Assembly: GCA_045863395.1 (NCBI GenBank)
Contig: BTVJ01000011.1
Coordinates: 1 to 64,000 of the forward strand
Source of the DNA: Myxococcales bacterium
GTDB lineage: Bacteria > Myxococcota_A > UBA9042 > JABWCM01 > BTVJ01
Direction: 5' to 3'
DNA: 64,000 bases
Shown here: positions 8,799 to 18,492 of the stretch, in pieces
Layout of the letters: each line of letters starts with the position of its first letter
Numbering within the stretch: position 1 is the stretch's first letter
Notes under the pieces: generated by a model
Told to the model about the DNA's origin: nothing
The model's database searches: none
Seen by the model: only the letters and a program-made list of their open reading frames with translations
Translations under genes and position numbers: made by a program

Positions 8799-9679
8799 GG
8801 TTCCTGCGTACGGCTGATATCCCTGTGAAGGATGTGGATCTCGCAGCGCGCTCCCAGATGGCTCGCCAGCTCGCCCACGACATAGACAGACCGATGTCTG
8901 CCACCGGTGCACCCGACCGCGACGGTCACGAGCGAACGGCCCTCATTATCGTGGAGGGGCAGGGTAAAGTCTAGCAGGTTCTGGAGGTTCGAGAGGTACT
9001 GGCCCGTCTCGGGCAGCCCCCCGAGGAAGGCGGCGACGGCCGGGTCCTTGCCGGTCTGGCGGCGCAGCTCCTCCACGAAGTGGGGGTTGGGCAGGAAGCG
9101 GGCGTCGAGCACGTAGTCCGCCTCGATGGGGATGCCGTACTTGTAGCCGAAGCTCAGGAGGGTGACGGCCAGGCGGCGGCGGGACGCCGAGGACGCGAAG
9201 CGGTCCTGCACGATGCGCCTGAGCTGGTGGACCGTCGTCGAGGACGTCTCGATCTCCAGGCTCGCCCGGGCGCGCACTGGCGCGAGTGCGCTGCGCTCCA
9301 GGGCGATGCTCTCCGTGACGGTCGCCGCCAGCAGCGGGTGGCGGCGGCGCACCTCGCTGAAGCGGCGGATGAGGACGTCGTCGCGGGTGTCCAGGAAGAG
9401 CACGTCCACCGGTCGGCCGCTGGCGGTGAGCGCGTCGATAGCGGCGTCGATCTCTCCGAGGAACCGCCCCTCGCGGATGTCCACCACCGCGGCCACGCGC
9501 TGGATCTCGGGGGCTTGATCGCAGAGCGTGAGCAGGGCCGGCAGCAGCGACGGCGGCAGGTTGTCGATGCAGAAGTGGCCGCAGTCCTCCAGCGACTTCA
9601 TGGCCGTGGTCTTGCCGGAGCCGGAGAGGCCGCTGACGATGACGACGGGCACGGCGCCCGCTGGCTGCTCGTGTGCCAC
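8795..9679 (-). CDS. rapZ: RNase adapter RapZ (YhbJ/YvcJ)
   Basis: SGLSGSGKT, CIDNLPP, RRFSEVRRRHPL, SFGYKYGIP, DARFLPNPHF and GCTGGRHRSV. Confidence 0.96.
   Translation of the reverse strand: MAHEQPAGAVPVVIVSGLSGSGKTTAMKSLEDCGHFCIDNLPPSLLPALLTLCDQAPEIQRVAAVVDIREGRFLGEIDAAIDALTASGRPVDVLFLDTRDDVLIRRFSEVRRRHPLLAATVTESIALERSALAPVRARASLEIETSSTTVHQLRRIVQDRFASSASRRRLAVTLLSFGYKYGIPIEADYVLDARFLPNPHFVEELRRQTGKDPAVAAFLGGLPETGQYLSNLQNLLDFTLPLHDNEGRSLVTVAVGCTGGRHRSVYVVGELASHLGARCEIHILHRDISRTQEP
8945..8973 (-). promoter_or_regulatory. Candidate internal sigmaA promoter for ptsH-ptsI
   Basis: The minus strand reads TAGACT-N17-GATAAT inside a locally AT-richer part of rapZ, about 150 nt upstream of ptsH. 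Confidence 0.35.
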
Positions 9680-9682
9680 GGG

Positions 9683-10150
9683 CTAGGATGCCAGCGCCGC
9701 TTCCGCGGCCCGCAGCGCCGAGAGGATGCCGGCCTGCCCGCGCGCGGCGAGGAGCGCGCTCCGGTACTCCTCGCTCTTCAAGACCCTCGTGATGTTGGCG
9801 AGGGTCTTGAGGTGCACGCCTGGCTGGTTGCGCGGCACGACGAGCAGGAAGATCAGGTGCGCGGGGCGGCCATCCACGGACTGGAAGTCGATGCCCGCCT
9901 GGCTGCGGCCCATGGCGCCGACGAGCTCCTTCGCGCCGCTCAAGGAGCCGTGGGGGATGGCGATGCCCTCGCCGATCCCCGTGGAGGCCAGCGCCTCCCG
10001 CTCGAGGACGACACGCACGATGTCGTCGGCGTCGAGGCTCGGCTGCTCGCTCGCGAGCATCGCGGCCAGCTCTCGCACCGCGTCGTTCCGGGTGTGGGCC
10101 CGGAGCTCCGAGGCGATGAGAGGGGGGGTCAGCAGCTCGGACAGAACCAT
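9683..10150 (-). CDS. ptsN: PTS IIA (nitrogen-regulatory-like) component
   Basis: EREALASTGIGEGIAIPHG (phospho-His) and GIDFQSVDGRPAHLIFLLV. Located downstream of rpoN. Confidence 0.92.
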   Translation of the reverse strand: MVLSELLTPPLIASELRAHTRNDAVRELAAMLASEQPSLDADDIVRVVLEREALASTGIGEGIAIPHGSLSGAKELVGAMGRSQAGIDFQSVDGRPAHLIFLLVVPRNQPGVHLKTLANITRVLKSEEYRSALLAARGQAGILSALRAAEAALAS

Positions 10151-10178
10151 GGGGTCACTCGGCTCTCTGCCTTCTGGC

Positions 10179-11669
10179 TCAGAAGTACTTGCGGCGCCTC
10201 GAGGAGGAGTCGATGCCCAGCATCTCCCGATACTTGGCTACCGTGCGCCTGGCGATCTCGACGTTCTGCTCGGCGAGCAGCTCGACGATGCGGGCGTCAC
10301 TGTAGGGCTGCTTCGGGTTCTCCTCGGAGACCAGCTTCTTGATCATCTGCTTGACGGCCTCGGACGCGCGGTCCTCGCCGCCGTCCACCGTGTTGATCCG
10401 ACTGTTGAAGAAGTACTTGAGCTCGAAGATTCCCTGGGGGGTGTGGACGTACTTGTTCGTCGTCACGCGGCTGACCGTCGACTCGTGCATCCCGATGTCG
10501 TCGGCCACGTCGCGGAGGATCAAGGGCTTCAGGTGCTCGACGCCCCGGTCCAGGAACTCGGTCTGGAACCGGACGATGCTCTCGGTCACCTTGCGGATGG
10601 TGTCCTGCCGCTGGTGGATGCTGCGGATGAGCCACACGGCGCTGCGGAACTTCTCTTGGATGAAGTCCTTGGTCGCCGCGCCCCCGGTGCCCGCGTGGAG
10701 CGCCGCCTTGTACATGGGGCTGATCTTGAGCTTCGGCAGGCCGTCCTCGTTCAGGACCGTGACGTACTCGTCGCCGACCTTGTAGACGTAGACGTCGGGC
10801 GTGATGTAGTGGGTGTCCTCGTCCGTAGAGAAGCCCCGGCCGGGCTTGGGCTCCAGGCTGGCGATGACCCGCATCGCCACGCCGAGCTCCTCCATGTCGA
10901 TCTTCAGGTCGCGGATGACGGCGTTGTAGTCCCGGCGCTCCAAGGTGCCCAGGTGTCGCTCGATGACCGCGTGGATCACCGTGTTGTCCGGGTGGTAGTG
11001 CTCGGCCTGGATCAGCAGGCACTCGCGCAGGTCCCGCGCGCCGACGCCGATGGGGTCGAACTCCTGGATGCGCTCCAGGACCCACTCGACCTGCTCCGCG
11101 GGGACGCCAGCGTCCTCGGCGATCTCTTCCGTCGTCGAGCCGGTGAAGTACCCGTCATCGTTGATGTTGCCGATGATCTCGTGGGCGATGGCCATGTCCT
11201 CTTCGTCGAAGGCGCTGAGCTGGAGCTGCCACCGGAGGTGGTCCCACAGGGTGCTGGCCTTCGTGAGGGTCGCCTCGAGGGAGGGCATCTCCTCGTTGTT
11301 GAGGCGGTAGCTCGGGGCGTAGGTGGAGTTGGAGAACTGGTCGTAGTTCTCGACGAACTGCTCCCAGTTGTCCATGGGGTCGTTGCGCTCGGCGGCCCGG
11401 TCGTTCTCCGGGGCGGCGTCGCCGCCGATCTCCTGCGCGGAGCTGCCGCGGTCCTGGCCGTTCCCTCCGTCCTGGCCGTCCTGGCCGTCCTGGCCGGACT
11501 GGTCGGAGTCCGTGCGCGGGAGCTCCTCCAGCACCGGGTTCTCGAGGAGCTGCTCCTCCACCACCTCGGCCAGTTCCGCGCGCGAGAGCTGCAGCAGCTT
11601 GATCGCCTGCTGGAGCTGGGGCGTCATGACGAGCTGCTGGCTCAGCTTGAGGTATTGCTTGAGGTCCAT
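10179..11669 (-). CDS. rpoN: RNA polymerase sigma-54 factor
   Basis: N-terminal LSQQLVMTPQLQQAIKLLQLS, HTH IGMHESTVSRVTTNKY and RpoN box ARRTVAKYRE. Confidence 0.98.
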   Translation of the reverse strand: MDLKQYLKLSQQLVMTPQLQQAIKLLQLSRAELAEVVEEQLLENPVLEELPRTDSDQSGQDGQDGQDGGNGQDRGSSAQEIGGDAAPENDRAAERNDPMDNWEQFVENYDQFSNSTYAPSYRLNNEEMPSLEATLTKASTLWDHLRWQLQLSAFDEEDMAIAHEIIGNINDDGYFTGSTTEEIAEDAGVPAEQVEWVLERIQEFDPIGVGARDLRECLLIQAEHYHPDNTVIHAVIERHLGTLERRDYNAVIRDLKIDMEELGVAMRVIASLEPKPGRGFSTDEDTHYITPDVYVYKVGDEYVTVLNEDGLPKLKISPMYKAALHAGTGGAATKDFIQEKFRSAVWLIRSIHQRQDTIRKVTESIVRFQTEFLDRGVEHLKPLILRDVADDIGMHESTVSRVTTNKYVHTPQGIFELKYFFNSRINTVDGGEDRASEAVKQMIKKLVSEENPKQPYSDARIVELLAEQNVEIARRTVAKYREMLGIDSSSRRRKYF

Positions 11670-11745
11670 GGACCGGCTACCCGCTTGTGCACTCGCCAAG
11701 TTATGGATACCAAAGGAGAGATCGTCATTCCTCCGGCGCCCGCGG

Positions 11746-11775
11746 AGTATAGCACCGCGTCGCCGAAGGTGTAAA
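11746..11775 (-). promoter_or_regulatory. Candidate sigmaA promoter of the rpoN operon
   Basis: The minus strand reads TTTACA-N18-TATACT with an extended -10 TG, about 75 nt upstream of the rpoN ATG. Confidence 0.6.
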
Positions 11776-11792
11776 GGACTCATTGGGTGGCG

Positions 11793-11808
11793 TGGTATGG
11801 GGATTGCA
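11793..11808 (+). promoter_or_regulatory. Candidate sigma-54 (-24/-12) promoter
   Basis: TGGTATGGGGATTGCA has GG-N10-GC spacing and ends in TTGCA. It points toward the gene at 11932. Confidence 0.5.
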
Positions 11809-11931
11809 TGGTGCGGCGGCCGCGCGAAGGGGCGCCCACCCCCCTCTGGAAGCGGACGGCTCTCGACCCGCGCTCGGATCTGGGGTACTCTTCGCCGCCG
11901 GTAGGGCGCCGTCGCGCCGCGGAGGTGAGCG

Positions 11932-13167
11932 ATGTGGAAGATGCTCGGTGTGGTCGGGATTGCGGTCCTTCTTGGCGGGTGCGCCGGTGACGACGACGGG
12001 GCGGGCCCCAGCGCGCCCTCCGAGTGCAAGGTCTGCGCGCCCGGCGCGCGCACCTGCCTCGGGAACGTGTCCCTCCTCTGCGCGGACGACGGCAAGGCCT
12101 CGACCGCGGAGCCCTGCCTGGGGGGGCAGACCTGTGACCCCGTGACCGGGGCCTGCAAGGCCTCGAGCTGCCCGTCCCCCTACGCGCGGGAGTGCGTCGA
12201 CGGGAAGCTCTCCGTGTGCAAGGGCGCCGACATGATCGCGGAGGCCTGCCCGGCGGACACCGCGTGCGTGGCGGGTGCCTGCGTGGCGACGACCTGCAAG
12301 GACGGCGACACCGCGTGCGGTCACGGGGTCATCCTGACCTGCGCCGGTGGGACGTGGGGTGAGACCTCCGCCTGCGGCGCCTCCGAGCGCTGCGAGGCCA
12401 AGGGGGGAGCGGCGTGCGTGGCCCGCAAGTGCGAGCCCGGCGCTCCCCTCTGTGTGGACGCCGATGGGGACGGCACCTTCGAGACCTCGACCATCTGCGC
12501 CACCGACGGGGGCGGCCCCGTCTCCGAGGGCTCCACCGACTGCGCCGCGAAGGGCGGCACCTGCAACGGCGGCTTCTGCGTGTGCGTGGCGGTGCCCGCC
12601 GGTGGAGACGACGGAGGGGGCGATGTGGGCGGCGTCGACGCCGGGCCCACGGAGGACGCCACCGACGCCACGACGACGGACATCGTGCTCCCGCCGCAGG
12701 ACGTCCCGCAGCTCGAGAAGCCCGACAAGGGCCAGGCGACCATGGGCGGGGAGCTCATCGACTTCGACAGCAGCGGCCTCGCCAACTGGGTCATGCTCGC
12801 GGGCGAGGACGGGGCGAGCGAGTTGGGCGTGCTCCAGATCATCCTGGCAGCGGGCGTGCGAAAGGTGGAGATCCAGGTCCACCCGACGGAGGTCGGCTGG
12901 ACGGGCTCCGTCAACAGCGACGCTGGCGGAGACATCCTGGGGTTCATCGGCTACAACGACGGGACCCGCCTGAACGTGGACTTCACATGGGGGGCGGGGA
13001 CGTCCACCAATGTGCAGTTCCCCGGCTCATGGGACATCACCATCGAGGAGAACGGCGGCTACGGCGGTCGGGTCGTCGGCAAGTTCTACGGGAAGCTGGC
13101 TCACGTCTCCGGCGCCGGGACGCTCGACGTCGTCGAGGGGACCTTCGACGTCCGCCACACGAACTGA
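11932..13167 (+). CDS. Cys-rich lipoprotein of unknown function
   Basis: Signal peptide with lipobox LLGG-C, a Cys-rich N-terminal half, a D/T-rich linker and a beta-rich C-terminal domain. An RBS (GGAGGTG) precedes it. Confidence 0.75.
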   Translation: MWKMLGVVGIAVLLGGCAGDDDGAGPSAPSECKVCAPGARTCLGNVSLLCADDGKASTAEPCLGGQTCDPVTGACKASSCPSPYARECVDGKLSVCKGADMIAEACPADTACVAGACVATTCKDGDTACGHGVILTCAGGTWGETSACGASERCEAKGGAACVARKCEPGAPLCVDADGDGTFETSTICATDGGGPVSEGSTDCAAKGGTCNGGFCVCVAVPAGGDDGGGDVGGVDAGPTEDATDATTTDIVLPPQDVPQLEKPDKGQATMGGELIDFDSSGLANWVMLAGEDGASELGVLQIILAAGVRKVEIQVHPTEVGWTGSVNSDAGGDILGFIGYNDGTRLNVDFTWGAGTSTNVQFPGSWDITIEENGGYGGRVVGKFYGKLAHVSGAGTLDVVEGTFDVRHTN

Positions 13168-13185
13168 GCGAGAGGGCTCTGCTGC

Positions 13186-14715
13186 ATGGGGAGCGTGCTG
13201 CTGATCAACTGTTCTCGGGAGGAGAACCGGGTCGTGCTCCAAGAGCACGGCATCACCGCCGAGGTCTACATCGAGCGCTCCCGGGGGAGGGGCCTGGTCG
13301 GTAACATCTATAAGGGGCGCGTCGTCCGCGTGCTGCCAGGCATGCAGTCGGCCTTCGTGGAGATCGGGCTCGACCGCACGGCCTTCCTGTACGTCTCCGA
13401 CGTCGCGCGGCCGGACCACGGTGACAATGGCGGGCTGGACGACGGCGAGGGGGCCGGGGAGCCCGAAGGGGAGGGCGGGGAGGACGGCTCACCCGCGACG
13501 CCAGCGCCCGAGATGCCGACCATCGACCAGCTCCTCCGGGAGGGGCAGTCCATCCTGGTGCAGATCGCCAAGGAGCCCATCGGGACCAAGGGCGCGCGCC
13601 TGACGACCCACATCTCGCTGCCCGGCCGGCACGTGGTGCTGCTGCCCACCGTCGAGCACGTCGGCGTGTCGCGCCGCATCGAGGACGCCGCCGAGCGCGA
13701 GCGGCTGCGCGAGCTCGCGGCGCAGGTCAAGGCGCCTGCCCACGGCCTCATCGTGCGCACCGTCGCGGAGGGGCGCGAGGCCGAGGAGCTGCGCGAGGAC
13801 GCGCAGATGCTCCAGGCCTTGTGGGAGGACATCCGCGGCGCCGCGGATACGGCGACGGCCCCGGCGCTGGTCCACGAGGACCTGGACCTGGTGCTGCGCT
13901 GCGTGCGGGACATGCTGACCAGCGACTTCGAGCGGGTCGTCGTGGACGATGAGCGCCAGCACGCGCGCATCTGCGCCTTCGTCGAGCGGTTCATGCCCCG
14001 GTTCCTGCACCTGATCGAGCTCTACCAGGACGAGGAGCCGCTGTTCGAGCGCTTCGGGGTCGAGGTGGACATCACGCGGGCCCTGGAGCGCAAGGTGTGG
14101 CTCAAGTCGGGGGGCTACATCGTCATCGACCGCTCGGAGGCCCTGACCGCCATCGACGTCAACACCGGCCGGTACGTGGGCAAGACGAACCTCGAGGACA
14201 CGATCGTGAAGATCAACCTCGAGGCCGTCAAAGAGATCGCCTACCAGATCCGCGTGAGGAACGTCGGCGGCATCATCGTGCTCGACTTCATCGACATGCT
14301 GCTGCCGGAGAACCGGGAGAAGGTGCAGAAGGCGCTCGTCGAGGCCCTCAAGGCGGACAAGGCGCGGACCAACGTGCTCAAGATGAGCGAGATCGGGCTC
14401 ATCGAGATGACCCGCAAGCGGGTGCGGGAGAGCCTGGTGCAGCGCCTGACCGAGCCGTGCTTCTACTGCGACGGGGCGGGCTACCTGAAGGCGGCGGCGC
14501 TCGTCGCCGAGGAGGTCCTCGCGCGCATCCGAAAGGTGATCGCAGCCGGCGGGTTCCGCATCGTGCACGTCAACGCGCACCAGCGGGTCGCCGAGCAGCT
14601 CTGGGAGGAGCGGCGCGACACCGTGGTGGAGCTGGAGAAGCGCTCGGGGCGGACCATCAACATCAGGGCGCACGACGACTTCCATCTGGAGCAGTTCGAG
14701 GTCTTCGGCAAGTAA
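13186..14715 (+). CDS. rng: Ribonuclease G (Rne/Rng family)
   Basis: GNIYKGRVVRVLPGMQSAFVEIG, KEPIGTKGARLT, LTAIDVNTG, GGIIVLDFIDM and Zn-link CFYC. It lacks the long RNase E tail. Confidence 0.95.
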   Translation: MGSVLLINCSREENRVVLQEHGITAEVYIERSRGRGLVGNIYKGRVVRVLPGMQSAFVEIGLDRTAFLYVSDVARPDHGDNGGLDDGEGAGEPEGEGGEDGSPATPAPEMPTIDQLLREGQSILVQIAKEPIGTKGARLTTHISLPGRHVVLLPTVEHVGVSRRIEDAAERERLRELAAQVKAPAHGLIVRTVAEGREAEELREDAQMLQALWEDIRGAADTATAPALVHEDLDLVLRCVRDMLTSDFERVVVDDERQHARICAFVERFMPRFLHLIELYQDEEPLFERFGVEVDITRALERKVWLKSGGYIVIDRSEALTAIDVNTGRYVGKTNLEDTIVKINLEAVKEIAYQIRVRNVGGIIVLDFIDMLLPENREKVQKALVEALKADKARTNVLKMSEIGLIEMTRKRVRESLVQRLTEPCFYCDGAGYLKAAALVAEEVLARIRKVIAAGGFRIVHVNAHQRVAEQLWEERRDTVVELEKRSGRTINIRAHDDFHLEQFEVFGK

Positions 14716-14725
14716 CGAGGGGCCC

Positions 14726-15067
14726 ATGGCCGTGAAGCGCGATCTGCGGAGCTCGGAGCGCATCAGCATCAACCGGGAGTTCCGGAGCATCGAGGAGCTG
14801 GTCAGCGAGTACGTGACCAACATCTCGCGGACCGGCGTGTTCATCCGCAGCGAGACCCCGCTCCCCGTCGGCACCAAGGTCAACCTGAAGTTCTCGATCA
14901 TCATGGACGAGATCGAGTCCGTCGAGGGGCTGGGCGAGGTCGTGAGGGTCGTGGACGAGGGGGCGGAGCCGCACGGCATGGGGGTCGTGTTCAGCCACCT
15001 GGACGGGCGGAGCGCTCAGCTCGTGGACCGCATCGTGGGTTGGGTCAGCGGGACAGGTGCTCCTTGA
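14726..15067 (+). CDS. Stand-alone PilZ-domain protein (myxobacterial TIGR02266-like)
   Basis: RSSER (RxxxR) and NISRTGVFI (D/NxSxxG), with GEVVRV...GMGVVF. Confidence 0.85.
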   Translation: MAVKRDLRSSERISINREFRSIEELVSEYVTNISRTGVFIRSETPLPVGTKVNLKFSIIMDEIESVEGLGEVVRVVDEGAEPHGMGVVFSHLDGRSAQLVDRIVGWVSGTGAP

Positions 15068-15428
15068 GGGCCTGGTAGGACTCGGTCAGGTGCTGGGCCA
15101 CGCGGGTCGCCGCCTCCGAGCGACGCGGATCGGCGCCATGACGGTCGGGGTGGTACTCGCGCATCGCCTTCCTGTACGCGGACTTGACCTCGTCGAGGCC
15201 CGCCCCGTAGGGGAGCTTGAGGGCCGCATAGTGGCCCGCCAGGGTGGGGTCCTGCGACGGGGCCGAGCGTGGCGAGGGGCGCTCAGGTCCCCGCGGGGGG
15301 GCAGGCGGCGCGTCGTCGGAGCTCGGCGCGTCCGTCGCGTGCTTGCCATGCGCCAGGTCGCGTGCTCTCCTGGCGACGGCGACGGCCTCCGCGCGCGCGA
15401 TGCGCCAGAGGCGATCCAGGACCGACAT
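15045..15428 (-). CDS. Small J-domain (DnaJ-like) protein
   Basis: C-terminal HYAALKL...VKSAYRKAMREYHPDRH with the HPD motif. An RBS (GGAGGTG) precedes the ATG at 15428. Confidence 0.85.
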   Translation of the reverse strand: MSVLDRLWRIARAEAVAVARRARDLAHGKHATDAPSSDDAPPAPPRGPERPSPRSAPSQDPTLAGHYAALKLPYGAGLDEVKSAYRKAMREYHPDRHGADPRRSEAATRVAQHLTESYQALKEHLSR

Positions 15429-15491
15429 GCTGCACCTCCACCGATTCGGCGCGAGTCTACCCGAGGGCGGCGGGGATTTCGAGGGGACGCC

Positions 15492-16409
15492 ATGGACCAG
15501 CTCGGAGACAGGGCGGATGAGCTCCTCGACGCGTTCCGCGAGCACCTGCGGGTCGAGCGGGATCGCTCCGAGCACACCGTCCGCGCGTACTGCTCGGATC
15601 TGGTGGAGTTTTTCGAGGTGGCGCGGGGGCGGGCAGGGGGGGCGCCGGTCGACCCCGGGCGCCTTGACAGGCGGGATGTCGAGTCCTACGTTCACGCGGT
15701 CCATGGGCGGACCACGGGGGCGTCACTGGCGCGCAAGCTCTCCTCCCTGCGCACGTTCTTCCGCTACCTGCTCAGGCGCGGGCTGGTGGAGCGCGATCCC
15801 ACGGTGGGGGTCGCGACGCCGCGCAAGGAGCGACGGCTGCCGGTCGTGCTCCCCATCGATCCGTTGTTCGCGTTGCTGGCGACGCCGTCCGTGGAGACGC
15901 CGCAGGGGCTGCGGGACCGGGCGATCCTGGAGCTGCTCTACGGGGCCGGGCTGCGGGTGAGCGAGCTGGTGGGGCTCGACCTGGGCGCGCTGGACCTGGA
16001 GCAGCGCCTCGTGCGCGTGCTCGGCAAGCGGCGCAAGGAGCGCATCGTCCCCTTCGGCACCCGCGCGCGGGACGCGCTGCGGTCCTGGCTGCTCGTGCGA
16101 CCGGAGCTGGCACGGAAGAGCGCGGCCGGGACCGAGGCGGTGTTCCTCAACCGCTTCGGGGGGCGCCTGACGACGCGCAGCGTGGCGCGGGCGCTGGACG
16201 GCCACGTCCTCGCCTGCGCGCTCCAGCACGGGGTGAGCCCCCACGTGCTGCGACACTCGTTCGCGACGCACCTGCTGGAGAGCGGGGCCTCGCTGCGGCA
16301 CATCCAGGAGATGCTGGGGCACGAGAGCCTCTCCACGACCCAGGGCTACACCCACGTGAGCCTCGACCGGCTGATCGAGGTCTACGACAAGGCCCACCCG
16401 AAGGCATGA
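15492..16409 (+). CDS. xerC: Tyrosine recombinase XerC
   Basis: [33 protein letters not shown] and [12 protein letters not shown]. It occupies the conserved position upstream of hslVU. Confidence 0.92.
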   Translation: MDQLGDRADELLDAFREHLRVERDRSEHTVRAYCSDLVEFFEVARGRAGGAPVDPGRLDRRDVESYVHAVHGRTTGASLARKLSSLRTFFRYLLRRGLVERDPTVGVATPRKERRLPVVLPIDPLFALLATPSVETPQGLRDRAILELLYGAGLRVSELVGLDLGALDLEQRLVRVLGKRRKERIVPFGTRARDALRSWLLVRPELARKSAAGTEAVFLNRFGGRLTTRSVARALDGHVLACALQHGVSPHVLRHSFATHLLESGASLRHIQEMLGHESLSTTQGYTHVSLDRLIEVYDKAHPKA

Positions 16410-16416
16410 GGGACCG

Positions 16417-16980
16417 ATGGAGCTGAGAGGGACGACGATTCTCGCGGTGCGCAAGGGGTCGAAGGTGGTGATCGCCGGCGACGGGCAGGTCAGCCTCGGG
16501 CAGACCGTGCTCAAGGCGCGGGCCTCGAAGGTGCGGTGGCTCGGGCAGCGGCGGGTCGTCGCAGGCTTCGCAGGGTCCACGGCCGACGCGTTCGCGCTGT
16601 TCGAGCGCTTCGAGGCGAAGCTGAAGGACTACTCCGGGAACCTGACGCGGGCCGCCGTCGAGCTGGCGAAGGACTGGCGGACCGACAAGGTGATGCACCG
16701 GCTCGAGGCGCTGCTGCTCGTGGCGGACACGGAGCGGACGCTCATCGTCAGCGGCAGCGGCGACGTGGTGGAGCCCGACGAGGGGGTGGCGGCCATCGGG
16801 TCCGGGGGCATGTACGCCCTCGCGGCGGCGCGCGCCCTGCTCCGGCACGCGCCGGAGCTGGACGCCGAGGGCATTGCGAGGGCCGCGATGGGCATCGCCG
16901 CGGAGATCTGTGTATACACCAACGGCGAGCTGACCGTGGAGACCCTGGACGCGGGCGGCAGGGATCAGAAGGAAGGTTGA
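16417..16980 (+). CDS. hslV: ATP-dependent protease subunit HslV
   Basis: [27 protein letters not shown] and AIGSGG. Confidence 0.97.
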   Translation: MELRGTTILAVRKGSKVVIAGDGQVSLGQTVLKARASKVRWLGQRRVVAGFAGSTADAFALFERFEAKLKDYSGNLTRAAVELAKDWRTDKVMHRLEALLLVADTERTLIVSGSGDVVEPDEGVAAIGSGGMYALAAARALLRHAPELDAEGIARAAMGIAAEICVYTNGELTVETLDAGGRDQKEG

Positions 16981-16984
16981 GGCC

Positions 16985-18355
16985 ATGACAGTGAGCACGT
17001 TCACGCCCCGCGAGCTGGTCTCCGAGCTGGATCGCTACATCGTCGGGCAGGTGGCGGCGAAGCGCGCGGTCGCCATCGCGCTCCGCAACCGGTGGCGCCG
17101 GCAGCAGGTCCCCGAGGCGCTGCGCGACGACGTCATGCCCAAGAACATCATCATGATCGGGCCCACGGGCGTCGGCAAGACGGAGATCGCGCGGCGGCTG
17201 TCCAAGCTCGCGCGGGCGCCCTTCGTGAAGGTGGAGGCAAGCCGGTTCACCGAGGTGGGGTACGTCGGGCGGGACGTGGAGTCGATCATCCGGGACCTGA
17301 CCGAGATCGCCGTCCAGATGGTGCAGGAGGAGGAGAAGGAGCGCGTCCTCCCCCGGGCCCAGAAGGCGGCAGAGGAGCGCCTGCTGGACCTGCTCCTGCC
17401 GGCGCCCTCCCGGGCCCGCACGCCGGCCTTCGAGGAGGCGAGCGGCGCCAGGGCGGGGACGGAGGCGCCCGGGAAGGCGACGCGAGAGAAGCTGCGCCAG
17501 AAGCTGCGAGCTGGCGAGCTGGACGAGCGGACCGTGCCCGTGGAGGTGCAGGACCAGTCGCACATGCCCATGCTGGAGATCTTCTCTCCGGGCGGCAACG
17601 AGGAGATGGACATCAAGTTCAAGGACCTCCTGGGGAGCGTGTTCCCGAAGCGCACCAAGAGCCGCTCGGTGAGGGTCCCCGAGGCGCTCCAGGTCCTGAC
17701 GGGCGAGGAGGCGCAGCGCCTGGTCGAGCGGGACGTGGTCGTCAAGACCGCCATCGAGCGCGTCGAGCAGTCGGGGATCGTGTTCATCGACGAGATCGAC
17801 AAGGTGGCCGGGCGGGAGGGTGGGCGCGGGCCCGACGTGTCACGGGAGGGGGTGCAGCGGGACATCCTGCCCATCGTGGAGGGGTCGACGGTCACGACCA
17901 AGTACGGCATGGTGCGGACGGACCACATCCTGTTCATCGCTGCGGGGGCCTTTCACGTGGCGAAGCCGACGGATCTCATCCCGGAGCTCCAGGGGCGCTT
18001 CCCCATCCGTGTGGAGCTGGAGCCCCTCGGGCAGGCGGACTTCGTGCGGATCCTGCGGGAGCCGCGCAACGCGCTCACCGTGCAGTACGTGGAGCTGCTC
18101 GCGACCGAGGGCGTCACGCTCACGTTCACGGACGACGCCATCGAGGAGATGGCCTCCATGGCTGCTGCCGCCAACGACCGCATGCAGAGCATCGGGGCCC
18201 GGCGGCTGCACACCATCCTGGAGCGCGTGCTGGACGACGTGAGCTTCGACGCCCCCGAGCGCAGGGGACAGACCGTGGTCGTGGATGCCGCCTACGTGCG
18301 GGAGCGCCTGTCGGACGTGCTCGCGGATGAGGATCTGGGTCGCTACATCCTGTGA
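16985..18355 (+). CDS. hslU: ATP-dependent protease ATPase subunit HslU
   Basis: [38 protein letters not shown] and [13 protein letters not shown]. Confidence 0.98.
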   Translation: MTVSTFTPRELVSELDRYIVGQVAAKRAVAIALRNRWRRQQVPEALRDDVMPKNIIMIGPTGVGKTEIARRLSKLARAPFVKVEASRFTEVGYVGRDVESIIRDLTEIAVQMVQEEEKERVLPRAQKAAEERLLDLLLPAPSRARTPAFEEASGARAGTEAPGKATREKLRQKLRAGELDERTVPVEVQDQSHMPMLEIFSPGGNEEMDIKFKDLLGSVFPKRTKSRSVRVPEALQVLTGEEAQRLVERDVVVKTAIERVEQSGIVFIDEIDKVAGREGGRGPDVSREGVQRDILPIVEGSTVTTKYGMVRTDHILFIAAGAFHVAKPTDLIPELQGRFPIRVELEPLGQADFVRILREPRNALTVQYVELLATEGVTLTFTDDAIEEMASMAAAANDRMQSIGARRLHTILERVLDDVSFDAPERRGQTVVVDAAYVRERLSDVLADEDLGRYIL

Positions 18356-18492
18356 ACGCTGGTGACGGGCGGACCTCGCTGGCGTCCGACGTCGCGCGAT
18401 GGTGACCGACGGTGCTCAGAGGCGGACTGGACCTGGCCGCGGGGTCGGGATAGGCTCCGAGATCGTCGTGAGGGGGCCCGAGAGGAGCATTC

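Noticed and set aside
11451..11496. 9-bp repeat (GTCCTGGCC) in rpoN
   Set aside because: It is an in-frame QDG repeat within the naturally variable acidic region II of sigma-54, so it is not a phase-variation tract.
15492..16409. Tyrosine recombinase as a possible integrase or mobile element
   Set aside because: Size, motifs and the xerC-hslV-hslU context indicate housekeeping XerC. No att sites or cargo are evident.
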